A stretch of DNA of 64,000 nt, from NCBI GenBank assembly GCA_023301025.1, contig JALZUR010000010.1, positions 17,791 to 81,790 on the forward strand. The letters run 5' to 3'. Origin of the DNA: Bdellovibrionales bacterium (GTDB lineage Bacteria; Bdellovibrionota; Bdellovibrionia; Bdellovibrionales; UBA1609). Of the stretch, positions 46,901 to 55,566 are shown one piece after another (the stretch's first letter is position 1; each line of letters starts with the position of its first letter). The translations under genes and the position numbers were made by a program. The notes under the pieces are model-generated. The model ran no database searches, had not been told where the DNA came from, and saw nothing but the letters and a program-made list of their open reading frames with translations.

Positions 46901-48250
46901 ATGTTTTCACAAATGGTAAGTTTTTTAGTAGATGTAGTTTGGGGGCCTCAGCTTGTTGGGCTTTTGTTTGTTGGTGGGCTCTACTTACTTTTTCAATCTA
47001 GAGCAAAACCTTTTAAAAGGGTGGGGCTTGGGTTTAAAATTGCTTTTGGCTTATCGGACTTTGGAAAGTCCAAAGACAGTCTTGGTCAAATCTCTCAGTT
47101 TCAAGCTTTATCTAATGCTGTTGCTGGTAGCATTGGTTTAGGAAATATTGCAGGTGTCGCCGTTGCTATAACTCAAGGTGGTCCAGGGGCTTTATTCTGG
47201 ATATGGGTTTCAGGTATTGTTGGTATGAATACCAAGTTTTATGAAAGCACGCTTGCTTTAATGTTCAGAGGAAAAGACGCCTTAGGTGAAGTTCAAGGGG
47301 GTCCAATGTACTACATCCCTCAAATCATTAAAGGTAAATGGGGTAGATTTTTAGCTTTATTTTTCGCTGCTTCTGGTTTGATTGGAACTCAAGCTATGTT
47401 TCAGGCCAATCAGCTTGCAAGTTATTTAAAAACAGAGATTAATTTAGCACCCTATATGACAGGCCTCGGTGTTGGCCTTTTTGCAGCTGTTGTTTTGATG
47501 GGGGGCCTAAAAAGAATCTCAAAAGTTACTACAACTTTAGTGCCCTTAATGTGTGTGCTCTATGTTTTTATGAGTGTTGGGGTTATTGCTCTAAATTATT
47601 CTAAAGTGCCTTCCGTTTTTTATCTGATACTCTCTGAAGCTTTTAGCTTGGAGTCTATGGGTGGAGGTTTTTTAGGCTATGCTTTTATTCATGCCTTTAA
47701 AGTGGGTATAAAAAGAGGTGGCTTTTCAAATGAAGCTGGGGTTGGAACATCCCCTATGGCTCATGGTAATGCAAAAACCTCAGAACCTGTTAGTGAAGGG
47801 CTTGTGGCTATGATTGAGCCTTTACTTGATAGTGTCATCGTGTGTAGCATGACAGCCTTAGTTATTCTTTTAACCACAGATGTTAGTCAGTTAGACCCTA
47901 ATACGACTCAAGGTATTCAGCTTACGGCTTCAGCCTTTTCTTCGCAGTTTGGAGCTTTTGGAACCTTTGGTTTAGGTCTGTGTATTTTCTTTTTTAGTAT
48001 GACTACAGTTGTGGGCATGTCTAACTACAACGAGAAGTGTTGGCTTTTTGTTTTTAAAGAGCGATATATTTTTAAAAGACCTGCGTTTATAGTTTTTTTC
48101 AGTTCAGTTTTATTTTTGTCTGCTGTCATTAGCATTGATGATGCGGTTGGTATTTTAGATATTGGTTATGGTTTAATGGTCTATCCCAATATGTTGACCC
48201 TTATTTTAGCCTCATCTCTAGTAACAAAAGAGATGAGAAAAAAGCTTTAA
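46901..48250 (+). CDS. Sodium:alanine (amino acid) symporter, AGCS family
   Basis: GGPGALFWIW motif and ~11 TM helices. Confidence 0.85.
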   Translation: MFSQMVSFLVDVVWGPQLVGLLFVGGLYLLFQSRAKPFKRVGLGFKIAFGLSDFGKSKDSLGQISQFQALSNAVAGSIGLGNIAGVAVAITQGGPGALFWIWVSGIVGMNTKFYESTLALMFRGKDALGEVQGGPMYYIPQIIKGKWGRFLALFFAASGLIGTQAMFQANQLASYLKTEINLAPYMTGLGVGLFAAVVLMGGLKRISKVTTTLVPLMCVLYVFMSVGVIALNYSKVPSVFYLILSEAFSLESMGGGFLGYAFIHAFKVGIKRGGFSNEAGVGTSPMAHGNAKTSEPVSEGLVAMIEPLLDSVIVCSMTALVILLTTDVSQLDPNTTQGIQLTASAFSSQFGAFGTFGLGLCIFFFSMTTVVGMSNYNEKCWLFVFKERYIFKRPAFIVFFSSVLFLSAVISIDDAVGILDIGYGLMVYPNMLTLILASSLVTKEMRKKL

Positions 48251-48255
48251 TATTT

Positions 48256-48918
48256 TTAAGAGGCTGTTCTATTTTCAATAGCCATTTTGAATTCATCTTC
48301 ATTAAAGTTAAAGATAAGATTTCTCAAAGTCTCTTGAAGGTTGTCTTTGTGGCTTTTATTTCCATTAGTAAACTCGACTCCAACATGATCAAAAAAGTTT
48401 CCACAGTCTGAACGCTCTTTTATTGGAATTATACGAATAACAGAACCTTTTAAGTTAAAAGAAGGAAGATTTTTTTTATCATTTTTGTAAATATGAACTT
48501 TAATTGTGCTATCTATAGGAACTTTTCCTCTTGGCACTTTGATCATACAGCCACCAGTGCTTACATCAATACAGTGGGCTTTAAAAAGTTGGTTTCCGTT
48601 TAGAGTTAAAACCGTCTCCATTAAAGGTACGCGCATAGTTTTTCTAAAATGAACGTTTTCCTGATCATCAGGGTTCATTTCATTTTCTTCAAAATGAGCT
48701 TTAACAGCTTTTGGTGTGAAGTAAGAAAACTCTTTTAAAGGTTCCCAACCACCCATGCCTCTGCATGTGATCATATCGCTTTCTTTAATGTCACTGCCAT
48801 TGATCATAAGAAGAATCTCTTCAAACCTGTAGGGTCCGCTTTCGCGCTTATTGATCTTAATGTACCAATGCTTCTCTTCTGCCTCTTCTTTTGTCATAGA
48901 TGTATTAACTTCGCTCAT
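48256..48918 (-). CDS. GYF_2 domain / PilZ domain protein (putative c-di-GMP receptor)
   Basis: GYF-like WYIKINKRESGPYRFEEIL...GGWEPL. PilZ RxxxR (RKTMR) and D.S.GG (DVSTGG). GGAGG SD precedes the ATG at 48918. Confidence 0.75.
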   Translation of the reverse strand: MSEVNTSMTKEEAEEKHWYIKINKRESGPYRFEEILLMINGSDIKESDMITCRGMGGWEPLKEFSYFTPKAVKAHFEENEMNPDDQENVHFRKTMRVPLMETVLTLNGNQLFKAHCIDVSTGGCMIKVPRGKVPIDSTIKVHIYKNDKKNLPSFNLKGSVIRIIPIKERSDCGNFFDHVGVEFTNGNKSHKDNLQETLRNLIFNFNEDEFKMAIENRTAS

Positions 48919-49130
48919 ATGGCCTCCATTAGCTTTATCGTAATAATTTGGGGTAAAGTTGAGCATGAAAAACAAATGTTTCAAGTTGATATAAGAGATT
49001 TAGACTCTCTGTCTAAGTTATTGACGCTAATCAAGAATATACAGATGATAGACTAGTAAGTGTTGCGTCTTTTAAAAGATTTTAACATTTGTATTTAAGT
49101 TGTTTGATTTAGTAAGAAAGGAAATTAAAA

Positions 49131-49877
49131 TTGTCGACCTTGTCCATTATAAATCAAAAAGGTGGGGTAGCTAAAACTACTACTGCTATTAATGTAGCAC
49201 ATGTTTGGGCTAAATTAGGAAAAAGAGTTTTGCTTGTAGATCTTGATCCTCAAGCCTCAGCTACTAAATCTATTTTTGGAGATCAGGAGTTTGAACACAC
49301 TTCTTATGATCTTGTCCTTAATAAAGTGCCTGCTAAAAATGCTATTCAAAAGTCTGAAGATTTTGGTTTTGACGTAGTGCCTGGGGATATACTTCTTAGT
49401 GGGGTAGATATTCAGTTGTCGGCTCAGTTTGGTAGAGAAAAGTTTTTAAAAAAAGCACTTGGTACAGTAAAGTCAAAATATGATGATATTGTTATAGACT
49501 GCTCACCAACTTTGGGTCTACTTACAGTTAATGCTTTAATGGCTTCAAAAGATATTTTAATTCCTATTTGTCCTGAGTACTTTTCTCTAAAAGGAATTGA
49601 ACTTATATTGGGGACTCTTAAAAATATTAAGACTGGCTTAGGTCACACTATTGGGGTTAAGGGCATTGTAATTACGCGCTATAGAAACCGTAAAGTTATA
49701 AAGTCAGTCATTGATGAAGTTGAAGAGCGCTACGGTCTTAAAGTTTTTAAAGATTTTATTCCTGACAACATCGTTGTGGAAGAAGCCCATCACAATCATC
49801 TTCCTGTTTCTAGATATGCTCCTCGTTCAAAAGCCGCAAAGTCTTATGAATCACTCGCTAAGGAGTTAAACACTTAA
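49131..49877 (+). CDS. ParA/MinD-family ATPase (orphan ParA)
   Basis: Deviant Walker A NQKGGVAKTTTA, VLLVDLDPQ, IDCSP. TTG start after AAAGGAAA. Confidence 0.9.
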   Translation: MSTLSIINQKGGVAKTTTAINVAHVWAKLGKRVLLVDLDPQASATKSIFGDQEFEHTSYDLVLNKVPAKNAIQKSEDFGFDVVPGDILLSGVDIQLSAQFGREKFLKKALGTVKSKYDDIVIDCSPTLGLLTVNALMASKDILIPICPEYFSLKGIELILGTLKNIKTGLGHTIGVKGIVITRYRNRKVIKSVIDEVEERYGLKVFKDFIPDNIVVEEAHHNHLPVSRYAPRSKAAKSYESLAKELNT

Positions 49878-50339
49878 ATGAAATCTAATCCACTTTTTCA
49901 TGACTCTTCTGTGTCTCAAGATTCTAATGTTCAAACAAAGTTTGAGCTTATGGGACTTAAGACCTTTAACGGAGACAGGGTTTTTATGCGTTTAAATTTA
50001 AACGATGAAAATACGTTTTATGAAATGAGTTATAACGAAGACAGTGATTTTTATGAAACTTCTGTGTGGTTGAAACACAGAAGAGAGCTAAGTTATAATT
50101 TTTTAGTAAAGCGGGGAGACGATTGGGTGTCAGCTAGTCCTCAAAAAGAGGGACACGCTATGCACTCCATACTTGATCATTGGTTCGCTCTAAGTGATCT
50201 AGAGTTTAAAGAAGAGCTTGGCTTTATAGAAAAAAAAGTTGAATCTTCAAAGACTATTGAACTTGAAGAAACTGAAGCTAAAGGTTCTTCAAATGAAGAA
50301 GAGTTTTTTGATAACCTTATAAAAAAATGGGACCTTTAG
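49878..50339 (+). CDS. Hypothetical protein, possible E-set/CBM48-like beta-sandwich with acidic tail
   Basis: The ATG directly abuts the parA-like stop. FEL..G..VFMRLN...YEM...FYETSVWL...SYNFLV..GDDWV pattern. The C-terminus is acidic. Confidence 0.5.
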   Translation: MKSNPLFHDSSVSQDSNVQTKFELMGLKTFNGDRVFMRLNLNDENTFYEMSYNEDSDFYETSVWLKHRRELSYNFLVKRGDDWVSASPQKEGHAMHSILDHWFALSDLEFKEELGFIEKKVESSKTIELEETEAKGSSNEEEFFDNLIKKWDL

Positions 50340-50354
50340 AAGGTCCATTTTTTT
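50330..50354. terminator. Rho-independent terminator between convergent genes
   Basis: GGACCT-TTAGA-AGGTCC hairpin, then A and seven T. It overlaps the TAG stop. Confidence 0.65.
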
Positions 50355-51597
50355 AGATTAGTTTTATTTATCTGTTTTTAAAATCAAATTTAAAATTTAT
50401 TCTGCCAAACAGCCAATGCGTTTGTCTGAAATTGCAAAGTTGTCAAAAGATGCATAGGTGTCTTTTGTTGGTGCCCAGCTTTGGCTATTCCCGCCATAAA
50501 ATGTACTAAAATACATTGAACCAATTTTTGTATCTCTGTTGTTTACAGTTCTAAATAAGGCATCACTGACATCAACGCTTAAATCTCCATTAAACCATGC
50601 TCTTATTTTTCCGTTTGTTTGACCTATTTGATTAAGTTCAATGTACTGTTCTAAACAGTGCCATTTGTTAACATCAACAAAAGTCTTAACCCCAGGATTT
50701 TCATAAAATACAAAGTCATATCCGTAAGCTTTTTTATGCTTTCCATCTAAATAACCATAAACAACAAGCGAATTGTTAGCTCTCCACATATATCTTGTGC
50801 TCCATCCGTTTGTACCGTTTGCTTGAATTCCTCCAGTAATACTTTGAGCTCCAGCACTTGCTAGACCTGGAAGTTTTCCTCCTAAAACAAACTCCCAACC
50901 AGGATGAAATTTAACGTAGTATCTTAAGTAAAGAGAGTCTCTTAAGCCCACACCAATATCTTCAAGCTCTGTTCTAAACTGAACTCTTGAAGAGCCACTA
51001 AGTGTGTTAGTAAGTGCACCAACTCTTTTTGGGTATTTAACCTTTAAGGCTCTTCCACTAAATGCATCATTAGCATTGGTAGAAAGTTAACTAAAGCCGG
51101 CAGGGAAACTGGACCATTTTAAACCCCAGTAAGATTTAAATGTTTGGCTTCCTGTTACACCTTCAATATTTTCAAAACCTCCGTGAAAGAGAAGATCTGG
51201 GTTGTTTGCGTCACTTGGTTTTGGTGGTGGTGCAATTGTTTTTAAAACTGTTAGCTGAAATGAGCATCTTACGAGTTCATTATTTGAGTTTGGAGTGCCA
51301 TAGGTAAAGTTTGCTACTCCTCCAGCTGTACTCGGTTGGTATATGTATCTGTTAGTAACTCCACCGGAGCTAGCATTACTTGAGTTAAAAACCTCAGAAC
51401 CTAAATCTACATCTAAACGACTTTCAACAGGAACGTTATCTCCTAAGTAGTTTTGTTGTGAGTCGACAAAATCTACATAAATAGAATGTGCACCTTCGTT
51501 GCTATCAATTGTAGTGACTAAGGTTTGGTCTTGTCCGTTACTATTTAGTGTATAGGCTTTAATGTTTTGTAAGTTACAATTTAGAACACGTGTGACA

Positions 51598-51657
51598 GGT
51601 GCAGGTGCAGGTGTAGGTGTAGGTGTAGGTGTAGGTGTAGGTGTAGGTGTAGGTGCC
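51598..51657. repeat. Hexanucleotide tandem repeat encoding the (Thr-Pro)n linker
   Basis: GGTGCA x2, GGTGTA x7 (51610-51651), then GGTGCC. On the minus strand this translates as APTPTPTPTPTPTPTPAPAP. Confidence 0.9.
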
Positions 51658-51809
51658 ACTTCTTCTTGAGTTACAATAGAGGGTAAAGATTCAGACTCTG
51701 CTTCAGAAGTACTATCTTCTATATTTAGCGAATTAAAATTTTTTATAGACTCCACTTGAGTGCACGATAAACTTAGAGATATTAAAAGCCCTAGTATTGC
51801 AATGTTCAA

Positions 51810-51819
51810 TTTTTTTTTT
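51810..51819 (-). repeat. Homopolymeric A10 tract (T10 on + strand) immediately after the start codon
   Basis: Counted directly: T at 51810 plus nine T at 51811-51819. The minus strand reads ATG-A10-TTGAACATT. Confidence 0.9.
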
Positions 51820-51884
51820 CATTTTACCCCTACCTAAAATTGGACTTGCTTCTGATTAGTTTTTTTAGGCTATAAGCCGAACAG

Positions 51885-51909
51885 TAGTTTTCTCACTTTG
51901 AGAAAACTA
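51885..51909. promoter_or_regulatory. Perfect 11-bp inverted repeat (candidate operator) upstream of the lipoprotein gene
   Basis: TAGTTTTCTCA-CTT-TGAGAAAACTA. Confidence 0.4.
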
Positions 51910-52020
51910 AAAGCAATAGCAAACATTTATAGTGCTTATTCGGATCAAATTGACTATTACTAAAAGATTTGAGTGCTTAAAAATAAGAAAGTTAAAGCTA
52001 ATAAGGTTTAAATGACCTAA

Positions 52021-52052
52021 TAAAAAAAGAGCAATACTTTATATTGCTCTCT
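52021..52052 (-). terminator. Rho-independent terminator of the FadL-like gene
   Basis: AGAGCAATA / TATTGCTCT stem, followed by a T-run on the minus strand. Confidence 0.65.
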
Positions 52053-52085
52053 TAAGTTCAAATAATAAATTAAGTTTTTAGCCTA

Positions 52086-53297
52086 TTAAAAAGCGTAGTT
52101 TAATCCCACTCGAACAAGCCCAACAGAGTTGTCATAGCTACCAGCAGGTGTACCTGTTGCTGCATTTCCAACAAGATCAATATCACCTAAATAAAGGATA
52201 TGGTTATAAGCCATATCAAGCTTTAATGAGTTTGAAAGTGTATAGCTAGCACCGGCACCGAGAGCAATTCTATCAGAATCTTGTGTTCTTGGTGTACGAT
52301 CCTCATTTTCAACAGCACTTGTTTCGTAAGACAATCCACCTCTAAAAGTCCAATTTTTATTATGCGTGTGTGTTGCGCCTATTGCTACAAAGAAAGTGTC
52401 TTGCCAGTTCTGTGGAACTGCAGGCAAAGGAAGTGGAGAGTTTTCAATTTGAAACTCATCAAAAAGATTCCATGTGGTGTAGCTAAAACTTAAATGTGAT
52501 GTCCAAAACTCATTGTAAGTGTGAGAGACACCTAAGTTGATAACATCTGGAGTGTAGAGCTCTGCTGTTGCTTCATTTGTAATATTATTTCCAGCAACAG
52601 AAAGATCACCTTCTAATTCATGTTTGATTTGTGAGTTGTAGGTAAGATTAAACACTAGGTGCTCACTTGGCATATAGGTAGCAGCAACCACTGCACCAAC
52701 TCCAACATGATCTCCATCAAGCTCTAAAACTTGTCCAGCAGCAGGTCCAAGTGCAGGGTTTGGTGGTAGACGACTAGATAAAACACCTTGAGCTAACTGA
52801 ATTTGTGGTCCAGCAGAAACAATCCATTTGGTACCAAGTATTTTTGAAAATACTGGTTGAATGTTTATGGTTTGAAGTTCAGTTTTTATGGCAGCAAATT
52901 GTCCTTCCCACGTGTCAGGGTACTCAGTATTTGTGGCCCACGGTGTTGTAACCGCAAGCGTAATTGCAGAGTCATTTCCAAGTCTTATGCCGTAGTACAA
53001 AGCTCCTGTAACAGTTGTGCTTGCAAAATCATCATATGTTGTTCCTGAGGCTTCAGATGTAAACTCTGCTTTAAAAGGTATGATGGGCATAACTTCTAAA
53101 GATAGGGCTTGGTTGCTTGATTGTTTTAAAAAGATCCCTGGGTTGTAGTAAATGTTAGACACCGAGTCTCCAAAGGTTCCTTGAGAAGCAAAAGATGTCC
53201 CCATGGATTCAGCACCCTGATACCTGAGTTGATAACCTGCAGACCACGCCTGCATAGACAAAAACGTTAACGCTAAAAAAACAATACTTAGTTTCAT
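52086..53297 (-). CDS. Outer-membrane transport protein, FadL/OmpP1/TodX family
   Basis: Signal peptide, N-terminal YQLRYQGAESMG hatch-like motif, alternating beta-strand pattern, C-terminal GLNYAF ending in Phe. Confidence 0.8.
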   Translation of the reverse strand: MKLSIVFLALTFLSMQAWSAGYQLRYQGAESMGTSFASQGTFGDSVSNIYYNPGIFLKQSSNQALSLEVMPIIPFKAEFTSEASGTTYDDFASTTVTGALYYGIRLGNDSAITLAVTTPWATNTEYPDTWEGQFAAIKTELQTINIQPVFSKILGTKWIVSAGPQIQLAQGVLSSRLPPNPALGPAAGQVLELDGDHVGVGAVVAATYMPSEHLVFNLTYNSQIKHELEGDLSVAGNNITNEATAELYTPDVINLGVSHTYNEFWTSHLSFSYTTWNLFDEFQIENSPLPLPAVPQNWQDTFFVAIGATHTHNKNWTFRGGLSYETSAVENEDRTPRTQDSDRIALGAGASYTLSNSLKLDMAYNHILYLGDIDLVGNAATGTPAGSYDNSVGLVRVGLNYAF

Positions 53298-53408
53298 AAA
53301 TTCCCCTTATGTTTATGTATGTTATTTTTTCTTAATTACAGAAATCAACATACCATTCATTTATTATGGGTGTTAAGATTCAATTTTAAATTTAAGGTTT
53401 GAGTTAAA

Positions 53409-53891
53409 ATGAAAGTAAATCTGATTATATTTTGTGCAATGTTTGTTTGTCTAGAAGCCTGTAATTCAGGCCTTTTTGGTTGGGGTACTAAAGTTAAAAA
53501 AGGTGAGTTGAGTGTTTCAGAAAATGATCACTCTTTTTCGGTTTCTAAAATTGAGCTTGATCCAAAAGCAAGCTTTTCGTTTAAAGTTTCAAACAATTTA
53601 AAAAAAGAAGCCTTTTCTTTTGTACTCTTAAAGAAGGGGGAAGACCCCATACTTGTTCAGCATTTGGCAATGCAAACAGGTGAGCTTCCTAGCAGTTACT
53701 ATCTATTTAAATCTGACATGATTGAACCAGGGAAGAGTTTAAAAGTTATGTTTGAATCTCCTGAGCTTCCGGGCAAGTACTATTACGTAGCTTTATCAGA
53801 AAGCCCTAAAGACAGTTTGTTTGGTACTTTGATTGTCCGTGAAGAAACAGTTCCAGTTAAAGGAGAGAGTGATGTCATCAACGAAGACTAA
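53409..53891 (+). CDS. Lipoprotein, cupredoxin-like fold without copper ligands (tentative)
   Basis: Lipobox-like LEAC. The C-terminal pattern PGKYYYVALSESPKDSLFGTLIV resembles G.Y.Y.C..H...M.G.l.V, but the Cys, His and Met positions are replaced. Confidence 0.5.
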   Translation: MKVNLIIFCAMFVCLEACNSGLFGWGTKVKKGELSVSENDHSFSVSKIELDPKASFSFKVSNNLKKEAFSFVLLKKGEDPILVQHLAMQTGELPSSYYLFKSDMIEPGKSLKVMFESPELPGKYYYVALSESPKDSLFGTLIVREETVPVKGESDVINED

Positions 53892-55146
53892 TAAGGCTCA
53901 TACAAAGTCAAAAAAGCCTTGGTACAAAGAGCTTCATTGGCAGATTTTTATAGGTCTTGCGTTAGGCTGTTTAGTTGGTGTGTCCATTAGATTCTTCTCT
54001 TTGCCTACAGAGTATTTCACTCCTGTTTTTAGTATGGGTGGCAAAATCTTTTTAAGACTTTTAAAAATGGTGGTACTACCACTAGTTATTGCATCCTTAC
54101 TTTTAGGAGTAATGGGTGTGGGCTCTACAAAAGAACTTTCACGCTTGGGCTCAAGAACAATGCTTTATTATATTGTTACAAGTCTCCTTTCAATAACCAC
54201 GGGACTTATTTTCGTAAATTTAATCTCTCCGGGGACAAGAGTCTCTGTTGATATTGAAGGGATGACTGGAAAAACTTTAGATGCTCCAACTTCATTTTCT
54301 GATATTCTATTACGAATGATTCCTGAAAACCCATTTCATTCAATGGCGGCCGTTCCTTTTGATATGCTAGGTGTTTTATTTTTCATTATCGCCTTGGGTG
54401 TTTTTTCACTGCAAGTTACAAAAGAGCAAAGAAAGCCATTGGCTGATTTTGCAGAGTCTATAAACGCCATAATGTTAAAAATGGTTGAGGGAATTTTAAT
54501 TCTTGCTCCGATAGGTGTGTTTTGTTTGGTGGCTGATATTGTAACAGATGTGGGCATGGGTGTATTCATGTCTCTTGGCTGGTACTTGATCACTGTTATT
54601 TTAGCTTTAGCCTTTCATTTTTTAGTGATTATTCCTTTTATTTATTTTCTTATCAGAAAAGAAAATCCTTATGACTATATGAAGCAAATGTCGCCGGCTT
54701 TACTGACGGCTTTTTCTTCTGCCTCCAGTGCTGCAACACTATCTTTAACGATGGATTGCACTCAAAAAAATAAGAAGGTTTCATCAAAGGTGTCCAGTAT
54801 CGTATTACCTCTAGGTGCCACAGTAAATATGGACGGCACAGCACTTTATGAAGGTGTTGCAGTTTTATTTATTGCACAACTCATGGGTGTAGACTTAGAT
54901 ATGGGACAACAGTTTTTGATTTTACTGACAGCTCTGTTAGCTTCAATTGGAGCTGCAGGAATTCCCCATGCAGGACTTGCCATGATGGTTGTGATTTTAG
55001 AAGTTGTGGGGCTTCCCCTTGAAGCAACAGGCTTGTTGTTGGCTGTGGACAGGATTGTTGATATGGCGCGAACTGCGGTAAATGTTTGGTCTGATAGTGT
55101 CGGAGCTGCTGTTATTGAAAAGGTCATAGAGCCGCAAAAGCAATGA
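53872..55146 (+). CDS. Dicarboxylate/amino acid:cation symporter (DAACS family)
   Basis: SSASSAATL and NMDGTALYE motifs. GGAGAG SD precedes the ATG at 53872. Confidence 0.9.
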   Translation: MSSTKTNKAHTKSKKPWYKELHWQIFIGLALGCLVGVSIRFFSLPTEYFTPVFSMGGKIFLRLLKMVVLPLVIASLLLGVMGVGSTKELSRLGSRTMLYYIVTSLLSITTGLIFVNLISPGTRVSVDIEGMTGKTLDAPTSFSDILLRMIPENPFHSMAAVPFDMLGVLFFIIALGVFSLQVTKEQRKPLADFAESINAIMLKMVEGILILAPIGVFCLVADIVTDVGMGVFMSLGWYLITVILALAFHFLVIIPFIYFLIRKENPYDYMKQMSPALLTAFSSASSAATLSLTMDCTQKNKKVSSKVSSIVLPLGATVNMDGTALYEGVAVLFIAQLMGVDLDMGQQFLILLTALLASIGAAGIPHAGLAMMVVILEVVGLPLEATGLLLAVDRIVDMARTAVNVWSDSVGAAVIEKVIEPQKQ

Positions 55147-55502
55147 CTTCATTTTTAATAATTTTTATTGGTGGCGGATTAGGAGCATGTTTGAGGCATC
55201 TTCTACATGGGGCAACTCTATCGTATGGTTTTTATCCTCACATCTTAACGAACATATTAGGTTGTTTTTTATTAGGTGTTTTGTTTGTTAATTTTGATTT
55301 TTTATCTAAAGATCAGTTTTTATTTTTAACAGTAGGTTTTATTGGAGCTTTTACAACATATTCAGGCTATATCGCAGTTTTATCTGAAAGCTCTCTAGAC
55401 AAAGCTTTGCTCTATTTTTTACTTTCTAATGCACTAGGATTTTTATCTTTTATTGTGGGTCTTGAAGTGTCTAAGTTTGTTTTTGAGGCTTTAAGGTCAT
55501 AA
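55143..55502 (+). CDS. crcB: Fluoride ion channel CrcB/FluC
   Basis: GGGLGACLR and GFIGAFTTYSG motifs, four TM helices. ATGA overlap with the upstream gene. Confidence 0.85.
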   Translation: MTSFLIIFIGGGLGACLRHLLHGATLSYGFYPHILTNILGCFLLGVLFVNFDFLSKDQFLFLTVGFIGAFTTYSGYIAVLSESSLDKALLYFLLSNALGFLSFIVGLEVSKFVFEALRS

Positions 55503-55566
55503 AGTTTTCTTGAATTATCGGTGTTTAAAGTTTTAACACTAGTTCTAATTCATGAAAAAAATTCGC

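Larger units (their letters stand above)
50397..51822 (-). pseudogene. Lipoprotein with (Thr-Pro)n linker, Ig-like region and polysaccharide-lyase-like (PF14099-type) C-terminal domain; disrupted by a +1 frameshift in an A10 tract and by one in-frame TAA
   Basis: ORFs 51087-51809 and 50397-50951 are in the same frame, and hand translation of 50952-51086 shows no other stop. ATG 51822 carries an AGGGG SD and is followed by A10, which puts it out of frame by 1. Confidence 0.7.

Noticed and set aside
46901-46910. Head-to-head 10-nt overlap of the P-loop NTPase and AGCS symporter ORFs
   Set aside because: This is an artefact of taking the longest ORF. The NTPase most plausibly starts at 46853, directly before its Walker A motif, which removes the overlap.
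51598-51657. Tandem repeat considered as a CRISPR or minisatellite array
   Set aside because: The 6-bp period with no spacers lies in frame inside a CDS, so it is a coding Thr-Pro linker. No CRISPR-like repeat-spacer structure was seen anywhere in the window.
53341-53356. Sigma-54-like promoter upstream of the fadL-like gene (minus strand TGGTATG-TTGA-TTTC)
   Set aside because: The -24 GG and the spacing fit, but the -12 element is TTTC instead of the near-invariant TTGC. This is not enough to call by eye. I likewise found no TGGCAC-N5-TTGC match upstream of 29957, 31589 or 42435.
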